From Gemmatimonadota bacterium (lineage in GTDB: Bacteria > Gemmatimonadota > Gemmatimonadetes > Longimicrobiales > Gaopeijiaceae), in contig VXQO01000143.1 of assembly GCA_009838975.1 (NCBI GenBank), positions 8,764 through 72,763 of the forward strand: a stretch of 64,000 bases of DNA, read 5' to 3'. The notes below the pieces were generated by a model. The model saw only the letters and a list, made by a program, of their open reading frames with translations. It was not told where the DNA came from and searched no databases. Both the position numbers and the translations under genes were made by a program. Every line of letters begins with the position of its first letter. Position 1 is the first letter of the stretch. Below are positions 1-8,285 of this stretch, piece after piece.

Positions 1-458
1 CGCGCGAGGATCTGCGAGACCATCTGGCCGACCAGGTCGCGCGCAGCATCGCGGCGGGGGCCGAATGCCGTCTCGGCGGCAAGGTGCCGGACGTGCCCGG
101 CTGGTACTATCCCGCCACCGTGCTGACCGGGGTGCGCCCGGGGATGCCCGCCTACGACGAGGAGATGTTCGGTCCGGTCGCGTGCATCATCCGCGTGGAT
201 TCGGAGGAAGAGGCGCTCCGCGTCGCCAACGACACCGCCTACGGACTCGGCGCCGCCGTGTTCACGCAGGACCTGGAGCGCGGTGAGCGGATCGCCCGCA
301 CCGAAATCGAGGCGGGGGCCTGCTTCGTCAACGACTTCGTCAAGTCCGATCCGCGGCTGCCGTTCGGTGGAGTCAAGTCGAGCGGCTTCGGACGTGAGCT
401 ATCCGAAGACGGTATCCGGGCATTCGTGAATGTGAAGACCGTGCTGGTGGAAAGGTAG
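1..458 (+). CDS. Aldehyde dehydrogenase family protein (succinate-semialdehyde DH-like), C-terminal fragment running in from the left edge
   Basis: Frame 3 is open from the window edge (REDLRDHLADQV...GGKVPDVPGWYYPATVL). It carries ALDH C-terminal motifs EEMFGPV and PFGGVKSSGFGRE. Stop TAG at 456-458. Confidence 0.85.
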   Translation, partial: REDLRDHLADQVARSIAAGAECRLGGKVPDVPGWYYPATVLTGVRPGMPAYDEEMFGPVACIIRVDSEEEALRVANDTAYGLGAAVFTQDLERGERIARTEIEAGACFVNDFVKSDPRLPFGGVKSSGFGRELSEDGIRAFVNVKTVLVER

Positions 459-606
459 AAACGCCCCGCGCCTCCCTGTCCCATCCAAGCATGCGTTTGT
501 CCCTGCCCGTTTCTGCGGGACCACGCGCGGCGGGTGGCGGAAGCAGCGCGCGGAGGAGCCGGAGGGCGCCGCACCCCGGTAGTCCGGTCCGCGAAAAGTG
601 CGAGTG

Positions 607-2253
607 CTAGCGCGATTCCCTCCGCAGCACCACTCCCGGCAGCTCCCCCGTGACCGCGCCGTCCTCGTACACCACCACACCCGCCACCCAGACGCGCTCG
701 ATCCCGGCAGCCGTGAGGTGCGGCTCGGCGGTGGTCGAGCGGTCGATCACGGTGGCCGGATCGAAGAGCACAAGGTCCGCGGGCGCCCCGGCACGTAGCG
801 TGCCCCTGTCCGACAGCCCCATGTGGGCCGCCGCCAAACCGGTCATCTTGTGGATCGCCTCCTCCAGGCCGAGCCGCCCCGCTTCGCGCATGTACCGCCC
901 CAGCACCCTCGGATAAGCGCCGAAGCCGCGCGGGTGCGCGCCCCGCAGGCCCCCGTCGGAAGAGACGTTGGTGTGCGGCCAGGCAATCAGCGTCGCGATG
1001 TCGTCGAAGGTCATGGACGTCGCGACGATGCTCTCGCTCCCGTCCAGCGTGCTGTCCGCGCGCGCGGCCTGCGACACCTGGATGAGGTCCAGGTAGGTCG
1101 TGACCGGGTCCGTCCCGCGCTCGGCCGAAATCTCCGCCAGCGTCTTCCCTTCCAGCGAGGGATCGGGGCCGTAGCGGCCGATCAGCATCCCCTCGGGCGC
1201 GACCAGTTCCTCGAGAGCGTACCGCGCAGCTTCCCGATCGTTGAAATCCCGCTCCGGAAACAGCACCGTCATCGTCGACTGCCAGTACTCGTACGGGTAG
1301 ACGTCCGCCGTAATGTCGAGGCCAGCGGCACGCGCTTCGTCGAGCCGCGCCAGGAAATCGGCCGCCTGCCCCCACAGTCCCCGCGCCGCCAGCTTGAAGT
1401 GCGAGATCTGCACCGGAAGCCCGGCGCGCTCGGCAATCCCGATCGCCTCCTCGACCGCATCGTGAAGCGCCCGATCCTCGCTGCGCATGTGCGAGATGTA
1501 GCGGCCACCGTTCGCCGCCGCGGTCTGCGCAAGCGCGACCACCTCGTCCGTCGACGAATAGATCCCCGGGTCGTACTCCAGCCCCGTCGATAGCCCCAGT
1601 GCCCCATTCGCGAGTTCGGTCTCGAGCAGCGCCTGCATCGCCGCGACCTCGCCTTCCGTCGCCTCGCGCCTGAAGTCGTCGCCCATGACCCGCAGCCGCA
1701 GGGGCCCGTGCCCCGCATACGACGCCACGTTGACCGCCGCGGGGGCCGTTTCCAGCGCCGCGAAGAAGTCGGCCAACGGGAACCGCGAGCCCCCGTCCTG
1801 GCCGGCGACGATGGTCGTGATCCCCTGGCTGACCGCCGCCAGCGCCGTCGGCTCCCACTGCAGGCCGCTGTCGTGGTGGCTGTGCGTGTCGATGAAGCCG
1901 GGCGCCAGCACGAGTCCGCTGCCATCGTGGACCGGTTCGTTGTCGGTGGGTGAGAGGGCGTCGTTCCCGCCGTCGGCGGCCACTTCCGCGATGACGCCGC
2001 CCGCCACGCGCAGGGAACCGATGAAGCCGGGACTCCCGGTGCCGTCCACGATCGTGGCGCCCCGGACCAGGAACGACCCGGCGGCGGGGGGCGCGGCCGT
2101 GTCGGCGCAGCCGGGCAGGAACGGGAGCCACGCGGCGAGCAACAGGGCCGTGCGGGGGCGGCGGTCCTTTCTCCCGAAGCAGTGCCTCACCACGTCGCCC
2201 GCGTTGACCGCGACCGCCGCCGCGCGGTCCTCAACGCCCTCACTACTCATCAC
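607..2253 (-). CDS. D-aminoacylase / N-acyl-D-amino-acid deacylase family amidohydrolase, lipoprotein-like signal
   Basis: 548-aa ORF with GFIDTHSHHD metal motif and HPRGFGAYPRVLGRYMRE, both characteristic of the D-aminoacylase (Amidohydro_3) family. N-terminus has LLLAAWLPFLPGC. GTG at 2253 and ATG at 2250 are both possible starts. Confidence 0.85.
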   Translation of the reverse strand: MMSSEGVEDRAAAVAVNAGDVVRHCFGRKDRRPRTALLLAAWLPFLPGCADTAAPPAAGSFLVRGATIVDGTGSPGFIGSLRVAGGVIAEVAADGGNDALSPTDNEPVHDGSGLVLAPGFIDTHSHHDSGLQWEPTALAAVSQGITTIVAGQDGGSRFPLADFFAALETAPAAVNVASYAGHGPLRLRVMGDDFRREATEGEVAAMQALLETELANGALGLSTGLEYDPGIYSSTDEVVALAQTAAANGGRYISHMRSEDRALHDAVEEAIGIAERAGLPVQISHFKLAARGLWGQAADFLARLDEARAAGLDITADVYPYEYWQSTMTVLFPERDFNDREAARYALEELVAPEGMLIGRYGPDPSLEGKTLAEISAERGTDPVTTYLDLIQVSQAARADSTLDGSESIVATSMTFDDIATLIAWPHTNVSSDGGLRGAHPRGFGAYPRVLGRYMREAGRLGLEEAIHKMTGLAAAHMGLSDRGTLRAGAPADLVLFDPATVIDRSTTAEPHLTAAGIERVWVAGVVVYEDGAVTGELPGVVLRRESR

Positions 2254-2317
2254 AATGTCGCCTCTGCATTACAGTTTGTAAGCTGTTGTTTACATCAAGC
2301 TGGCAGTACCGGCGTTT

Positions 2318-3892
2318 TCAGCCCCTGTCGACCTCCGGCACGGCCTTGTCCATCTCGGCCGCTACGTCCTGCGGATCGCGCATCTGCGTCAGGTCGAGGT
2401 CGTAGTCCGGCAGCTCGCGCGGCATGAGCTTCTCCTTGAGCTCGCGGATCTCGCGGCCCGACAGGCCCAGCCCGGCGAGATCGGCGTTCGTAAGCCCGGC
2501 CCCGGTGCGCGCGGCGACCCCATCCGCATCCGCCGCCACCAGGCGGGAAAGCGCGGCGATCTCGCCCCCGGAGAGCTTGTCGCCCATGACCTGGTAGTCG
2601 ATCCACGCCTCGTAGCTCAGCGGCGCGACACGCTTGACCATCCCCGCCATAACGCGGCCGTATTCCTGGATCTCCCACTGCGCGTGGTCGTCGACGCGCA
2701 GCGTGAGGAAGTGCAGCAGGTTGTGCAGGTCGATCTTCCAGTACCACTGCGTGTACGTCGAGAGCGGCAGGTCGATGCGGGCCAACTCGCGGGCAACGTT
2801 TTCGCCGACCAGCCAGCCGTAGTCCTCCGCGGCGCGCGACCGCACGTCCTCCCACCGGCGCATCGCTTCGCGGTAGAACTCGGGGCTGACGGACCCCGGC
2901 GCGCGCCCCTGGTTGCTCGTCGCACTCTGCAGCGAGAACTGGTTCTCTTCGGGGCTGTAGAAGAGGAGCGGCATCAGGCTGTACCTGCCGCTGTATTCGT
3001 TGACTGAGTTGTGGGTCACAATGCCGTTCGCCACGAAGTTGTGGTGCGGCCCCTCCACCTCGAGGTCGTAGGTCTCGCGTTCGCCCACGTACTCGATGCG
3101 GGCGATGCGGACGAGCCTCGTGCGGTAGCGCACCTGGTCCCGGTCCAGCTTCTCCGCCGCCCCATTCGCGTGCACGAAGCAGTCGCCGTGCCGCCACACC
3201 GCGCGACCACCCGTCTCCCGCACCCCCGTTGCCCCCCGTAGCGTGTCCCAGCCCCCGGCAAACAGAAACCGGTGATCCGCCGTGGCCTCGATCGACTTGC
3301 CGTCTTCCAGGACCATCCTGAAGACCGGTTTCACACCGTTTCGGTAGACGTCCACGACGCGGGTGTGCTGGAAAGCGAGCGTGTCTTCGTCGATCTGCCT
3401 CAGCTTCATCCGCTTGACGCGGTCGCGGCGGAAGAACGGGTTACGCTGCTTGTCCGGACGCCTGTTTCGCGTGGGCTGAAAGCGTCGCCAGATCTCTTCA
3501 ATCGGCAGCTTGTACAGCTGGCGCCGTCCTCTCGCCTCGGCACCCGGCAAGTCGAAGTACACCTCGGTGCCTTCGGCCAGACAGGCCGTCCGGTGCCGTA
3601 TCCACTGGCGCGCCACGAACATCGGCATCGCGCAGTGAAACTTGAACTCGACCATCTCCGAGGGCGTCGTGTGCAGGTGGCGGCGCAGATACCGGATTAG
3701 CCCCCGCGTCGCCGAGACCTTGCGGGTGCCGTAGCCGTAACTGACGCGGGCGGCGCGCTCCACCGAATCGTCGGTGCCCATGTAGTCGACCAGCGCGACG
3801 AAGCCGTGGTCGAGAACGGGGAAGTAGCCGCCCAGGATCTCTTCGGCGGCGGGGACGGTCGGCCGCCGGGTGGGGTGGGTGCGTTGGCTCAT
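2318..3892 (-). CDS. thyX: FAD-dependent thymidylate synthase ThyX, interrupted by an intein
   Basis: LDHGFVALVDYMG..., MVEFKFHCAMPMFVARQWIRHRTA then (after the insert) SVNEYSGRYS reconstitutes the ThyX motif RHRxxSxxxxSxR. The likely start is the ATG at 3892 (MSQRTHP...). The track ORF extends to 4006. Confidence 0.9.
   Translation of the reverse strand: MSQRTHPTRRPTVPAAEEILGGYFPVLDHGFVALVDYMGTDDSVERAARVSYGYGTRKVSATRGLIRYLRRHLHTTPSEMVEFKFHCAMPMFVARQWIRHRTACLAEGTEVYFDLPGAEARGRRQLYKLPIEEIWRRFQPTRNRRPDKQRNPFFRRDRVKRMKLRQIDEDTLAFQHTRVVDVYRNGVKPVFRMVLEDGKSIEATADHRFLFAGGWDTLRGATGVRETGGRAVWRHGDCFVHANGAAEKLDRDQVRYRTRLVRIARIEYVGERETYDLEVEGPHHNFVANGIVTHNSVNEYSGRYSLMPLLFYSPEENQFSLQSATSNQGRAPGSVSPEFYREAMRRWEDVRSRAAEDYGWLVGENVARELARIDLPLSTYTQWYWKIDLHNLLHFLTLRVDDHAQWEIQEYGRVMAGMVKRVAPLSYEAWIDYQVMGDKLSGGEIAALSRLVAADADGVAARTGAGLTNADLAGLGLSGREIRELKEKLMPRELPDYDLDLTQMRDPQDVAAEMDKAVPEVDRG
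3008..3583 (-). other. Mini-intein (Hint domain, 192 codons) inside thyX
   Basis: Begins CLAEGTEV (block A, Cys1). Has SIEATADHRF (block B, TxxH). Ends YDLEVEGPHHNFVANGIVTHN followed by +1 Ser (blocks F/G). No LAGLIDADG or HNH endonuclease block is visible. Confidence 0.85.
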
Positions 3893-4052
3893 GGTGCGGA
3901 AGTTACCGGATCGCCCGAAGTCGGGCGAGAGTGAGATTGGCCGCCTCGCGTGACCGCGATTGGCGAGTCCATTTGCCTCCGATGCAGCGTCCACATATGT
4001 GTACAATGATCGAAAACGATCGCAGCTGATTCACATCCGGAAGGAGGATCCC

Positions 4053-6980
4053 ATGGCCAGGCTCGCACTCGCGGGACTGCTCCTCGTGTTGACCATCCCG
4101 GTCGCAGGCCACGCCCAGACAGGCACCGTCACCGGAACGGTCGTGTCCGGGCGTTCGCTGGCCGGGCTGGCCGATGTCTTCGTCACCGCCGGCGAGGGAC
4201 TGTCGACCGTGACGAACGCGGACGGACGTTTCGAACTGGAAGGACTCTCCGGCACGGAAGTGACGTTGCAGTTCGATCTCATCGGATACCGCACGCAGTC
4301 CGTCACCACGCAGGTCGGGACGGTCGGGCTCAGAGTGGTCATGGGCGAATCGGCCATCGCGCTGGACGAAATCGTGGTCACCGGTCAGTCGATCGCGACC
4401 GAGCGCCGCTCGATCGGCAACGCCGTCGCCACCATCAACGCGGCCGACCAGCAGCTGCTCACGCCGTCGCTGGACCTCAGCACCATGCTCAACGCGCGCG
4501 CCCCCGGCGTCGTGTTCCAGGCGAGCCAGGGGGTCGCGGGAGGCGGCGGCCGCATTCGCATCCGTGGAACGAACAGCATCTCGCTCAACAACGAACCGCT
4601 GATCTACGTGGACGGTGTTCGCGTTGACAACGAGACGGGCCGGGGCTTCAGCTGGGGCCCCACCTCGCGGCTCAACGACATCGATCCCAACAGCATCGAG
4701 TCGATCGAGGTCATCAAGGGGCCGGCGGCCGCCACCCTGTACGGCACCGAGGCCTCGAACGGCGTGATCCAGATCTTCACCAAGAAGGGGACGCCCGGGG
4801 CCGCGCGCTTCACGGCTTTCGCCAGCCGGGGAATGTCGAAGATCCTCAACGTCGCCGAAAAGTTCGAGAGCACGAAGAGCTACTACTACCTGCCGTCGGG
4901 CGAGGTCTCGACGCTCAATCTCGTGCAAAAGGAGGAAGAGGAGGGACGCCCGCTCTTCCGCACCGGACAGACCCAACGCTACGGGATGGAGGTGGCGGGA
5001 GGCACGGACGTCTTTCGCTACTTCGTCACGGGGTCCTTCGACTCCCAGGAAGGGATCATGGAGCCCAACGTGGCGGACCGGTGGAACGGCCGGGCCAACT
5101 TCGAAGCCACCGCCAGCGAGAATCTGACCATCGCCGCCAACGCCGCGTACGTCTCGTCCAGCATCGAAGTCCCCTACCACGAACTGCTGCGAGGACCCTT
5201 CAATCCTTCGCCCTACCAGTTGGACACTCCCAACCGTGGCTTCCTCGTGGCCCCGCCGGAGGCACTGCGGGCCGCCTACCACCAGACCGAGGACGTCTCG
5301 CGCTTCACCTCGGGGATCCGGCTGGAGCACCGGCCGACTTCCTGGCTGACCCAGCGCTTCAGCGTCGGCATCGACGAGGTCAACGAGGAGGCCAACACCC
5401 TGGTGCCGCGGCTGCCCGATTCCCTGGCCGTGTTCTTCGGACCGAACGCCGTCCTCGGGTCGAAGACTGTCAACACCCGCGACCGGACGACGACCACCGT
5501 GGACTACGCGTCGACCGCGACGACCGACCTCACCGCGTCCCTCAGCTCCACGACCTCGTTCGGGGTCCAGTATTTCCGGAAGTACGAGAAGGTCGCGACG
5601 ATCTCCGGACAGCAGTTCCCGGCTCCCGGAATCACCACCATCTCCAGCGCGGCGGTTCAGAGCGGCACGGAGAACTTCGTCGAGAACATCACATTGGGCG
5701 GTTTTCTGCAGCAGCAGGTCGGGTTCAACGACCGGGCCTACCTGACCGTGGCGTTCCGCATCGACGACAATTCGGCCTTCGGACGCGACTTCGAAGCCGT
5801 GGTCTACCCGAAGGTGAGCGGCACCTGGGTCCTCAGCGAGGAGTCGTTCTGGCCCGTCGGCTCGATCGGGACTTTCCGGGTCCGTGGCGCCTTCGGACAA
5901 TCCGGCCAGCAGCCCGATGCCTTCGCCGCGCTTCGCTCCTATCAGCCCATCACCGGTCCCGGCGGCGGCGCCGCGGTCCGGCCGCAGTTCGTGGGCAACC
6001 CGGACCTGGGACCGGAACGCGGTACCGAGGTCGAACTGGGCTTCGACGCCAGCGCCCTCGACGACCGCCTGAACCTCGAGTTCACCTGGTACGACAAGCG
6101 CGCCAAGGACGCGATCGTGGCCAAGCCCGTGGCACCTTCGAGCGGCTTCATCGCGAATCAGTTCGTCAATCTCGGCGAGATCCAGAACACCGGCTACGAG
6201 GTCTTCCTCAGCGGGCTGCCGGTGGAAACCGACTTCCTGCGCTGGAACCTCGGAGTGTCGTTCGCCCGGAACACCAACGAGATCCTCCACCTGGGGATCG
6301 GCGACGAGATAGCCGGCCCCGTCAACCAGTACCACCGCGTCGGCTTCCCCGTAAGCGCCTACTTCGAGAAGGTCACCGTGAGCTCCTCGGTCGATCCCAC
6401 GACCGGGGCGGTGATCGACCTCATGTGCGACGCAGGCGTCGATGGCCGCCAGGGCGGCCCCACCGTACCCTGCGCCGAAGCCGGGCGGCTGTACATCGGA
6501 CAGGTCCTGCCCGAGTACGAGGGAGCCATCACGTCCGACATCACCCTCTGGAACCGGCTGACGATCAGCGGGCTCCTCGACTTCAAGATCGGCCAGAGCA
6601 TCTTCAGCGCGGACCTCGCGATCCAGTGCACGATCCTCAGGCTGTGCGAGCCAAATATCGATCCCGCTTCCAACCCGGCCGCAGCCGGCGAGATGGCCCA
6701 GTTCGTCTTCGGCCCCTACGTCACCCCCGAAACCAGCTTCGCCAAGTTCCGGCAGGTGGCGGCGACCTACCACGTCCCGGCGTCCTGGGTGAGCAGCTTC
6801 GGGGGCTCCGGTGCCACCATCACCGCGTCGGCCCGGAACCTCTACACCTTCACCGACTACGACCGCAGTCCCGAGCCCGAGCTCGCGACGGTCTTCGGTG
6901 GAAACAGCGTGTACCAGCCCGCCTTCAATGCCGTACCCCATCCGTTCGAATTCCTCACCACCGTCCGCCTCAGCTTCTAG
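4053..6980 (+). CDS. SusC/RagA-family TonB-dependent outer-membrane receptor
   Basis: AAGGAGGA SD at 4041-4048 then ATG. Signal peptide MARLALAGLLLVLTIPVAGHAQ. CarboxypepD_reg-like N-domain (GTVTGTVVSG...TNADGRFELEGL). Plug begins DEIVVTGQS. ~975 aa, ending in terminal F. Confidence 0.9.
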   Translation: MARLALAGLLLVLTIPVAGHAQTGTVTGTVVSGRSLAGLADVFVTAGEGLSTVTNADGRFELEGLSGTEVTLQFDLIGYRTQSVTTQVGTVGLRVVMGESAIALDEIVVTGQSIATERRSIGNAVATINAADQQLLTPSLDLSTMLNARAPGVVFQASQGVAGGGGRIRIRGTNSISLNNEPLIYVDGVRVDNETGRGFSWGPTSRLNDIDPNSIESIEVIKGPAAATLYGTEASNGVIQIFTKKGTPGAARFTAFASRGMSKILNVAEKFESTKSYYYLPSGEVSTLNLVQKEEEEGRPLFRTGQTQRYGMEVAGGTDVFRYFVTGSFDSQEGIMEPNVADRWNGRANFEATASENLTIAANAAYVSSSIEVPYHELLRGPFNPSPYQLDTPNRGFLVAPPEALRAAYHQTEDVSRFTSGIRLEHRPTSWLTQRFSVGIDEVNEEANTLVPRLPDSLAVFFGPNAVLGSKTVNTRDRTTTTVDYASTATTDLTASLSSTTSFGVQYFRKYEKVATISGQQFPAPGITTISSAAVQSGTENFVENITLGGFLQQQVGFNDRAYLTVAFRIDDNSAFGRDFEAVVYPKVSGTWVLSEESFWPVGSIGTFRVRGAFGQSGQQPDAFAALRSYQPITGPGGGAAVRPQFVGNPDLGPERGTEVELGFDASALDDRLNLEFTWYDKRAKDAIVAKPVAPSSGFIANQFVNLGEIQNTGYEVFLSGLPVETDFLRWNLGVSFARNTNEILHLGIGDEIAGPVNQYHRVGFPVSAYFEKVTVSSSVDPTTGAVIDLMCDAGVDGRQGGPTVPCAEAGRLYIGQVLPEYEGAITSDITLWNRLTISGLLDFKIGQSIFSADLAIQCTILRLCEPNIDPASNPAAAGEMAQFVFGPYVTPETSFAKFRQVAATYHVPASWVSSFGGSGATITASARNLYTFTDYDRSPEPELATVFGGNSVYQPAFNAVPHPFEFLTTVRLSF

Positions 6981-7040
6981 CCCGGCGCACCGCCCGATCA
7001 CCCCGAACGAATGGAAAACGACGAAATGACGGAGAATACG

Positions 7041-8285
7041 ATGAACAAGAGGATCGCAACCGCCCTCCTCCTCGCACTCGCAACCGCCGCCTGCGACTCG
7101 ATCATAGAAGTGAGGCTCGGCGACCGGGTCGAGGAGAGCACTCTCGAGGGTCCCGACGCCGCCGCCCTGCTGGCGGCCAGCGTGCAGGCCACCTTCGAGT
7201 GCGCCTATTCGGGATACAATCACGCCATGGGGCTCTTTGGCGACGAGCTCAACAGCATGGGGAACACGGTCATCTACTCCTACGACCGCCGCGACCCGTC
7301 TCCCGCGGGCGGGTTCGTGGGGGTCTACGCCGATGGAGACTGTGCGTCGCCCGGGCTCTACAAGCCCCTGTCGTCGGCGCGCTGGTTCGCCGACAACGTC
7401 TCCGAGAAACTGCGGAGCTGGTCCGACGGCGACGTCCCGGGACGTATGGGACTGCTGGCGTCCACCGCGGCCTACTCCGGCTACAGCCTGGTGCTGTTGG
7501 GCGAGAGCATGTGTTCCGCCGCGATCGACGAAGGACCCGAACTCAGCCAGAACGACCTCTTCGCGCTTGCCGAGGAGCGCTTCAACGAGGCCGTCACGGC
7601 AGCAACATCTTCGGGACGAGGCGACATCCTGGGGCTGGCCACGCTGGGCCGGGCCCGCGCGCGCATCAACATGGGCAACACCGCCGGGGCCGCCTCGGAC
7701 GCGGCCCAGATACCGGCCGGCTTCGCCTACATGGCCACCTACGACGGAGCCACGCCAACCAATGCCGAGCGCCGCAACGAGCTGGCGTACAACATGCACC
7801 TGGTCGCCGGCACCGGTCTCGACCCCGCCTTCTGGAACGTCGAATGGCAGGGCGTCCCGGACCCGCGCGTCGCGTCCCAGAGCCGTGGGCTCACCACCCT
7901 TGGCGTCGAGCACGTGCTACAGCTGAAGTACCCCACCGTCAACTCCCCGATACCGCTCGCCCGCTGGGCCGAGGCGCAATTGATCCTGGCCGAGGCCGCC
8001 GGGGGCCAGACCGCCGTCGACATCATCAATGCCCTGCACGAGCGCGCCGGGATCCCGCCCTTCGATGCCACCGGCCTCAGCGATGCCCGGATCATGGAAC
8101 AGGTGATCGAGGAACGGCGCCGTGAGTTGTTCCTGGAGGGTCATCGCGCCTATGATCGTGCCCGCTACGGGCTGCCGCTCTACCCCGCGGCAGGCTCGCC
8201 CTACCGCTGGGGCGGCGTCCACGGACCGGCCACCTGCTTCCCGCTCCCCAACGTCGAGCGCGACAACAACCCGAACATCCCATGA
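7041..8285 (+). CDS. SusD/RagB-family nutrient-binding outer-membrane lipoprotein
   Basis: Lies immediately downstream of the SusC-like gene. Lipobox MNKRIATALLLALATAAC. SusD-type C-terminal motif ERRRELFLEGHRAYDRARYG. Alternative upstream ATGs at 7011 and 7026. Confidence 0.8.
   Translation: MNKRIATALLLALATAACDSIIEVRLGDRVEESTLEGPDAAALLAASVQATFECAYSGYNHAMGLFGDELNSMGNTVIYSYDRRDPSPAGGFVGVYADGDCASPGLYKPLSSARWFADNVSEKLRSWSDGDVPGRMGLLASTAAYSGYSLVLLGESMCSAAIDEGPELSQNDLFALAEERFNEAVTAATSSGRGDILGLATLGRARARINMGNTAGAASDAAQIPAGFAYMATYDGATPTNAERRNELAYNMHLVAGTGLDPAFWNVEWQGVPDPRVASQSRGLTTLGVEHVLQLKYPTVNSPIPLARWAEAQLILAEAAGGQTAVDIINALHERAGIPPFDATGLSDARIMEQVIEERRRELFLEGHRAYDRARYGLPLYPAAGSPYRWGGVHGPATCFPLPNVERDNNPNIP

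Noticed and set aside
3903-7913. 1336-aa ORF on the minus strand, the longest in the track
   Set aside because: It is antisense to the well-supported SusC-like and SusD-like genes. Its composition is low-complexity and rich in G, R, A, V and D, as expected for antisense frames of high-GC coding DNA. It has no recognisable motifs.
5081-8125. 1014-aa plus-strand ORF spanning the SusC/SusD boundary
   Set aside because: It is an alternate frame of two genes with clear family motifs. The translation is Arg/Pro/Gly-rich with no domain features.
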